This document shows, piece after piece, positions 13,301 through 22,300 of a stretch of DNA of 64,000 nucleotides. Both the position numbers and the translations under genes were made by a program. The notes under the pieces were generated by a model that worked only from the letters and a program-made list of their open reading frames with translations, did not search any database and was not told where the DNA came from. Numbering within the stretch: the stretch's first letter is position 1; each line of letters opens with the position of its first letter. Source of the stretch: Euglena gracilis (lineage: Eukaryota); the NCBI GenBank assembly GCA_039621445.1, contig CP154954.1, positions 3,291,715 through 3,355,714 on the forward strand, given 5' to 3'.

Positions 13301-16300
13301 ATTCTTTGCAGAAAGAAACAGACTGAGTCGGCCCAGCCAGCAACGATGGTCCGCTTTTTTTTGGACATTTGTTGCACGTACACACGTCCATACGACGGTG
13401 AGCTGCCCTGGCAAGCAGCACTTCCGTTGCGACCCCTCTCTGCCCCGCCACCGCCGGCTCCGCTAGGCCGTCCAGCCAGGCATCCGGCCATCCCCGGCCC
13501 GATCACCGGAGCTGTAGCCGGTGGCCACCCAGTACCGCTGGCCCGCCAGCACCATCTCCTGGTTCATCTCGAGGATGGCCGTCCATGATCGGCAGCAGAG
13601 GAAGTGCCTTTCTTTCCATTCAAGCACCCCCCAACCTCCAGGCCCCTGCCAGCCGGTACCGCAGACATTAATAATTTCTCAACAGGATAGTTTCTCGAGG
13701 GTGGGCGGTATATTTGTTAGGAAAGTAAATGGTTTTTTGTTTTGCAGGGCTTTTAACCCAAGACCCAAAAGCGATTCAATCAATACAGTGGAGACAGGGG
13801 TTTTTTAAGACCGGGTGGAGGGGGTACCCCATCCACCCACCTGAAGGGGGGCCGCCATGGGGGGACCCACTCAATTTCCCCCGAAAATGGCCCAAAAATC
13901 GCGGAAATGCCAAAAGCAGTACCTTTTTCAAAAAATTGCGGCCTTTGGCGCCGAAAAATATATCCCACCTCCCTCTGGGGGGACCCCTGGGGGGGGGCTC
14001 GCCACCCCGGGTCCAAGGCTTAAAAAAAACCCCTGAGTGGAGACCAGATATGCTGGATCTGAGCCCGAGGCTGAGCCAGCTGCAAACTGTCCAGCTGCAA
14101 ACTCTTCCCAGCCAGATGCCCTCAGCCACATCACCCATTCGTGACGGGGAAAAAAGTCCTTGTTGAAGACTCGGTGAAAGTGTGTGGCTGGATTCTTAGC
14201 ACGCCATGTGTGGTGAAGTCATTCCTTTTTTGCAGGGGTGGATGGACCCTGCGCTTGGGTGCTTTTGGGGGACGCGGGGGGGGACGCGGGGGGGACGCGG
14301 GGGGGAACCGTGGCCCAACCACCCCCACACGTTTTCTTTCGCATCACCTAAATTTGTATGTAATTTTCCTTTGGTCGACCAAAAAAACGTGCCCGGCCAA
14401 AGTCCGGGACGCGGGGGATGCGGGGGGGACGCGGGGGGGACGCGGGGGGAACACCCCCTTTGAAGTAAGGATGCGAGCCCTTCCCCTGCCTGGTACTTGT
14501 CGTACAGCTGCTGGCAGGCTAGGGCGATGAGGGCGTCGTTGCTCTGCAGCATGGAATCACTTAGTGACCCCAGAGGGGGGGGGGGTGGCTTTTCCCCGGG
14601 CCCAAACCCACACACGACCCCCCCGCCCCTCCCAGGGGTGGGATACACCTGGGTCGGGTTATTCCCCTGCTGAAGGCTGGACTGGATATTTTTTTTCAGC
14701 GGTTTCGATTTTGGCTGGATTTTGGGTGGGTGGTTGGTTGACCCTCGGGGGGGTGGGGGGGTCGTGTGTGGGTTCTCAAAAAAGTGGGCACCCACCCACC
14801 CTCAAAAACCGACCCCCCCCTGGGGTCGCGGTCACACAGGTTTTAAGTGAAGCCTTGCTCTGCAGGCAGGTCCACAGGCTGTAGGCGGAGATGTTCGGGG
14901 GGTGCAGCAGCGGGTTGATGTAGCGCGCGTCCACGTCGCTATGGCTGAAATACTTCCCGTGGGAGGCTGGGAGCGGCAGTGTCTCAGGGGGTCAAACCCC
15001 GCCCGGCCAAATGAAGCAAAAGAGGCCGCAACGCTGGACACCTTTCCAGCCAATAGAAACTGCAACTGCGACTGCAACTGCAAACATCTGCCTCTGGAAA
15101 TACCAAAAGAAACCTGTTGTGGTGATATCGCCCTTCTTTCTTGGCACATGGAAACAATCAAACAAAAAATTCTGCAGAAGTTGCTCCACCCCACTTCAGC
15201 AATGGCCTTTGGAAGGTCAATCACCCCAACCCACTGCGCCCAAAACATTTTGGCTTTTTAGAATCCCCCCCCCCCCGTGCCCACCGACCGAGTTCCTACA
15301 ACCCCCGACCAGGGGGCTCACAAGCACCATCTGTCTTGCAACCCCTGATGTGGGGGGGGGGGTCGGGTGAGGGGTTGGGCGACTTGGGCCATTCCTCAAT
15401 TATTTGTGCCAGCCCCACCCCCGTCTGTACCATACCCCCAACCCAAGCTGTTGCTGTGGGTACCGCCCCCACAGCATTGAATGCCGGCACTCTGTTGAAG
15501 GGGTATCTCTCGCACTCATTTAATTACAGCACGTTTAGGAATATGCTAACTCTGTGTTCTGCATATGTGTGTGTGTGTGTGTGCGGGTGCCAAAAAAAAC
15601 CCCTGTTTTCCCAGGTTACCCACAACCTTCAACCGGGTGGGGGGGGTCGTATGCACCCTGCAACTCCCGACCAGGGGGTGGCCAGTACTCAGAGGGGTGG
15701 TCGGTGGACAAGGGGGGGGATCAGGTAATGTTTGTTGCTGCACACACCTCCCCACATGGAGGCAATATGAACGCCCCCCATTAGAATCCCCTGGGGCTAA
15801 TATTCGGTCACAATGGGGGAGGGCTTCTATTTGGGTATCTTTGTTTGACTTCGGCCAAAAGGTGGCTGCGGGTGGTCCGGGGATCGAACGGCGTCCGAAA
15901 GGGGAAAATAAGGTCGAAAACGTGACTTTTGATGCTATGGGTGGATGGCGGATGGTCCAAGGATGCCAGATATCAATTTTTTTCTTAATTGTCCCCTGTC
16001 TGCAGAATTCCTCTTAATTTTGGCAGTGTTTGGTCGAAAGTGCTGGGCCGCCCAGTAGGGGGGAGGGCTGTCATTTGGTTTTGGGGGGGGGGGGGCGGAG
16101 GGCCTGTTTTTGGGAGATTTGGGGAGAGGGCTTCTATTTGAGGGGGGGGGGGGCACACTGGTGTGGGTGTCAGGGCTTGGTGGTCTTGCAGTGACGTTTA
16201 ATCTGACGCTTGGCTCACCGCCGAACCCAGAACACACTATCAGGAGGACCACCCAGAATTGAACGGCAACCTCCCAGTGGTTAGCGACAGTTCTTGAAGA

Positions 16301-19300
16301 TTTGTCATCCCCCCCAGTTATCAGCGGTTAACATTTCATGGAAATCAATGGTGGCAAACCATCGCCGGGCGCTATCATGTAGCCATGCGCCTGGCGGAAA
16401 AAGAGCGCCAGTCGGTCTCTGGCAAGCAACCCCCACTGGGCTGGCTCCCAGGGTGGTTGTCTCACCATTCAGGCCCGCAAAAACGGCCGGAAAGTTAAAA
16501 GAGTTTACACATGTGTGGCATCGAGCTAAAAAAAAGGGTGTGTCCTTTAATAAAACACCCGGTCACAACAGGAAGTATTTGTGCGCCAGCTAAGCACGGG
16601 TTTTTGAAAGGCTCCGGGGGGTCAACCGGCTGGCTGGAAAGCGTGCTGGAATACTACAGGTGCTGGCTGGCTGGCTGGCTGGCTGGGCTTTTTTGGTTAA
16701 GAGATTCTTGACCAAGGCCTGAATACCACGTGGTTTGAATTGAGGAGAGGAGGAGGTGAGCTGCCGGAGGCGCTTGGGCATCGGGGAACCCCTTCAGTTG
16801 GCTCCGCAGCTCATCGCTGATGGTCGCGGCCCCAATGTTGATGGTCAGCTGTATCCCCGTCCCGTTCTGGGCCGCGATTTGGGCCCAGGGACAGCCTTGG
16901 GGACACTCTTTGGAAACTAGTTCTGTTGGAAGGAACGGCTTTGCGTCGGGGTCATACCTGTACTTTGGAGCAGTTCCCAAACCCCTTCCAGGCACTTAGG
17001 TTGGGAGGGAGGGCTTGTGAAACCCGACACTGTGGTTGAAAAAGGATATATTGCGTGCTGACACACGGGATTCACATCACTGGATTGTGGTTTGGCACCC
17101 AGACACACTTCAAATCGACCTGGCTATATTTGAAAATGGGGCCAAATCAAGCACTTTGCGTGATTCGACGGCTGGATCTACCCCACTGACCACACAGCTC
17201 CAGTCTTTGTGGCTTGTTAGATACAAGACTCTACCCAAAGGAGGTAAACCTACAGGTTTTGGTGCCAAAGCTCTGACTCCCCCTCTTCCCAGAGACCCAA
17301 ACCATATGCCCGCGAAGAGACCCAGAAAAAACAATTCCAACCAAAAAATCTTTCTCGGACTGCACCTGGAAATACGGAGATGCATATCTTGGCGTCACGT
17401 TTTTTGAAAAATAGGACGGAGCTTCTTGTTAAACTCCCCCACCCACATATAAACTCCCAAGCCAACAAATCAGCGACTACAGAGGTCGGTGACAGGTGCC
17501 CATGGTGACAGGTCAGCGAGCACGGGGCTCAGGTGACAATTTTCCGAGATGACAATTTCAGGGGGGAGGGGTATTTAGGGGGAGGGGGTTGGTTCAGATC
17601 TTGTGGTTCGAGGGGAAACAATGTGAGAAAGAATCTCTGCAATCTAAACCCCACAAAACATAATAAGGTTGTTCAGACAATTGGTTAAAATATCGGGGGG
17701 GGGGACTGTTTGGGGGAGGGGCAGGGTTAGATTTTGCGTTGAAAATTGTCCCGCCCTCAGAATACCCACAAAAATCCAGCAGGCTGTTATTCGAGGGAGG
17801 CTATTATTTGGGGAGAGAGCAATTTTTGGGGGGGGTTCCTAATAGACTGGGGGGTGTACCTACCACCTCCACATACAGAGACCAAAAAAAAAGACCAGAG
17901 GCGAAAAACAGCGCCAGGCCAAAGAAGGGATAAAAGGCACCAAACAAACAGCCACAGCGCACACAAGGGGGGTACGTGATGGATCTAAATCTAAAGTAAG
18001 TGTGTCAAAAAAGGACGTACTTCGAATGCACTTTCGGGGAAGTCGGAGAGGGGAACCCATCCGGAAGGGAGGGTGGCACAAGGGAGCCCCTGTGCTCTGC
18101 CGGAGGACCAGCTCCACCTGCCCTGTGAACCGGTTCCACGCCATGGTGGTCAGCCAGCCGTCCACCCACTTCGCCAGCCTGGGTCGAGGCCCTACACTGA
18201 CTTTGCCCTGCCCGTCCGAAGAACACAAAAGCGGGCTTCGTTTCGTTTCTTGAGCGGCAATTAATCCACAGCATTCCGCGACAATTGTTCCCCAAACAAC
18301 GTGCACTCTGTTTAGCCAAACTGACAACAATTCCTGACAACAAATATCAATACCTTATTAGATCCGAACATAATTTCAAAACAGCCCTGATGGCATAATT
18401 ATTTCACCTCTCATTTCTTCCTCCTCCTCGTTCTCTGGCACTAAGGTTTTAGTTAGATCCACATTTCATCCCCATTTCCAGCTCTAAAAATTACGTAAGC
18501 CAAAAGAAAAATCAGTACAGAAAAACACAAAAGAAACACATATTATCTCAGGCGGTAGCAGATCATCAACATTTGGCAAAAATGAGGGGTAGGAGTGAAT
18601 TCTGCATCTATCATCAACATTTGGCAAAAATGAGGGGTAGGAGTGAATTCTGCATCCACGTAAACAAATCAGAATATCTCTGCAGCAAAAACTTGAGATA
18701 CCCTCTTGGCGGCCACCTTTTTTTTCATTTCATTTTCAGCCAATTTTCGGGTTTTTTTCGAAAACGAACCAAAGGTAATCAAGGAAAAGAAGACAATGAC
18801 AAAAAAAGGATTCCACCTCTGGAAGTGAGTACCTGACAAGTCAGCAAGCACAAACTGGAGCACAATTTTCTGGGAACAATTTTCTGGGTGGTGGATTTCC
18901 CGCATGACCCAAGGTGACAAGGCCCTGTGGGGGGGGGGTGATAACTTCCCAGATGGCGGGGGGGGGGGGGTAGTAAAATTAAAGGATGGTCCCGCCCCAT
19001 GTAATCCAGCCTGTGTGGCATTTGGGTCAGGGGAGGGCCTGTCAAAATAAGCAGCAGGCGCAACTTGTGATTGAATCAAATACCTCGGCTTTGCAGTAAT
19101 CTGATTCACCTGCGTAATGTTGCCTGGTAGGTCCCCTCACCAGCTGAAGTCAATCCAAAAAGATCCAGTACAGTCTTCAGGGCCATTCAGCTGAGGTATG
19201 GTGGAGACTACTGCTTCTCTTTCGTTCCTTGGGTCTGTTTTTCTTGGTTTCTTGGTTTCCTGGAAAGTTTTGGCAGAAAACTTTGCAGGGAGTCCATAAA

Positions 19301-22300
19301 AAAAACAGAAAATTTACAATACCAAAAGATTCTCCGAAACAAAAATACCAAAAAATGGTATTTCAACCATTTTCTTATGTCCAAAATGTTTGCAAAGGAA
19401 ACAACAGATATTCAGCTTGTGAGGTTGTGGGGTTTATTTCTTGGGTCGGTCATTGAAACTCCTGCGAAGGCTTTTGCTGGTATCCAGTCATTTTGTCAGA
19501 GATCTATTGTCTGGATGGGGATTGCAGGAATAAAGTTCCAAGCCCACTCCCAAGTGAAGGACAGAATTGTAAATGGCATGGGTAACAAAACTTTGTCAAA
19601 CTTCTGGCTGAGAAACAAACCGCAAAAGCCGTTGAAAAAGTCACAGAGGGGGCCCAGCCTAAAGTCGAACTCTTCTCATTGGCGGCCATCACCAATGGGG
19701 TGCTGTACAGTGTGCGCGTGCCGAAGCTGTTGTTGAGGAAATCCATATAGAACGCCACCCACGTCACCCAGAAGGTGGGGATAAAGAAACTGCGGGCAGG
19801 GGAAGCCAGAAGGATGCATCCAGAAAATGAATAAAAAAATACTTGTTGGCAAAAGCAATCCGCAGTGTTTGTCATCAGACCGTTTGTTACGCCAGGCCAA
19901 ATATCTCAACAATTTTGATTCCCATCAACCAGAAATCAGCACCTCCCACGGTTATTGACCCCCTGAGCTGTTGAGCACAACTTGACCCCCTCCCCAAAGT
20001 TGACTCCCACCTCTGTTGGGCCCAACTGGACCCCCCGAAAAAAAGTTGCAGAATCACAAATACATCGCGAGGAATATTTTCTTTGCAGGTATGTCTTCTT
20101 CGTGAGCTGATTCACAATCAGATGAGCACTTGACTTGGGTAAATTACACGAGCGGAGAGGTATGGGAATATAGACAAAATAATGTTTGTTCAACTGTGCG
20201 GCAATCCATCCATCCTCCTTCACATCCACAACTGCATCTTCTGCATTCTCTCACCTTTTGATTGACCTTGAATGAAATGAACTCCTTGCAAGAGACCGAA
20301 AATTTGTACATCACGTGTTAAAATCAAATGTTCAAATTAGAAACAAATGGAGGGAGGCTTCTCCGTCCCCCTGGGCCTCTGTGGGGTCCAGGTAGCTGCC
20401 GATCACGGACACCTGGGAGAAGAAGCGGTGGCCTTGCATCGTGGTGAAGGTCTGGCCAGTGAAAGGGGCTGCCTGCACCTCTAGCCGTTTCAGCACAGAA
20501 AGCTAAAGAAAGCACAGAGAGAAAGAAGGGGGTTGCTGAGCTCTTAACGCAGACCTCACCATGGTGGACAAAAACTCGCCTCTCTGACCCACGAATTCTG
20601 GACCTGTTTGGCCGCCCGAAGGGCATCGAGATGGTAGTGATGTCTTACAGAAAAAAACCCTATTTTTTAAAAAAAATGAGTTCTTAATGTGAGGAATGTT
20701 AAAGAAAATAAAAATATGTGGAGAGTACATTGCATAGTACAAAAAATGATTTCCAAAATCTGCCCCCCCCAACCTACTTACTGAAACCTACTGCCTACTA
20801 CCTATTACCTGCTACCCCAACTGGCAACACCTTTTCTCCTGCGCCAAGGTGGAAATGGGGTTTGTACTGAGGCTTTTTTGCCTGATTTTGTTCTACTTAC
20901 TGGCAAAAAAAATTTGTTTCAAAAAACTTCAAAAATGGACATTTGGGAGGGTCAGGGGGGACCATATAAGAAAAGCTCCCAGGGCAGGAATCGGTTCATA
21001 CCGGAACTTTGGATAACCCCAGCAGGCTTCTGTTTTTGCAGACCACCTCCCAGGGGGGGGGGATCGACTGCAGCTAGTTCAAATTTAGCTGGTGGAAATC
21101 CTAGTGGACACCCCCCGGAGGGGGGGGGGGCAGAATTTTACTGGTCCCCAAAACGAAAAAACCGTTTATTGATTCTAACGTTGCACCTGCACAAGTTACA
21201 CCCGTTTTACTGGACCCAAGTCAAAAAAAAACGCCTTTCTGCTAGCAATGAAGAACACTTTGAAAATAACTCCCCGCGCACAGGGTGTTTTTATTTATAA
21301 GCCTTTATTTAATTCTTATATTCTGTTATTATCATTGTGTGTATGTGTTTATTTTGTGCTTTTTATTATAAACATGTAGGTCGCGTGTGCCTTTTTATGC
21401 ACATAAATATGTCATATGCATATACATTCATGTGCACATATGTATACATGCATATATGTAATTATCTATTCTTGTAAACCCTCCCCCCAAATAATCCCCC
21501 CCCCAAAATAATACCCCTCCCAAATAATACCCCCCCTCGGGTCCGACTTTAGGTTAATACCTCCTCCCTGATTTCGGGCCAAAGGCCCGGATTTTGACCT
21601 GAAAATACAATCTCTGGCAACGAATTACGAAAAAAAATCGATTTTTCTGTATCGTCTGACCTCTTAAAAATAAATGGCAAATTCCAGAAGAAAATACAAA
21701 AAAATGAGCCCAAAGGGGGTCAAATGGCGCTTTTTTGGCTCCTACGGGACTTCGGAAGTTCTCAAAATTTTGGGGTGCTATGACCCCTTGGGCTGGGACT
21801 TGGGGCGAAAAAATAATACCCCGGGGGTATTATTTGGGGGGGGGGGGTATATGAAAATATGTGTGTACAAATTGAGCAGCCCCATACCTCTGGGCCCCTC
21901 CCCAGAGGCATGACCTGGGGTGGGGTCCCACTTGTATGGGGCATTTACGCGGGTGTCACCACTTTACCACCGTTTTGTGTAATCCTTGAGGTAATTCCTC
22001 GCAGTAGGCCTGGGGTTGGAGTTTGCATTCCCGTTTTGGGACAATTCCAGGCACAGTCAGGCCTAAAGTTAGCCCAAATTTAGCCTAAATTTAGGCTAAA
22101 TTTGGGCCCTGAAACTCCTATAACTAAGCTTACGGGAACCTTCCCTATCTCCAAACCTAACCCGAAACTTAATCCTAATTCTGACATCAAACATGTTTTG
22201 GTCCCCTAAATTTCACAAAAATCCTGCGGAACCTGGGAATCGGGGGTCCGTCCCTCTTGTAATTGGGTCTCCTGGGAGGGGTCCTAGAGGCATGGCGTTC

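Noticed and set aside
18563-18657. Two-copy tandem repeat of about 47 bp
   Set aside because: Ordinary local duplication with no further structure.
20530-20610. Possible exon GEFLSTM with a GTGAGG donor
   Set aside because: Could not be fitted in frame between the flanking exons.
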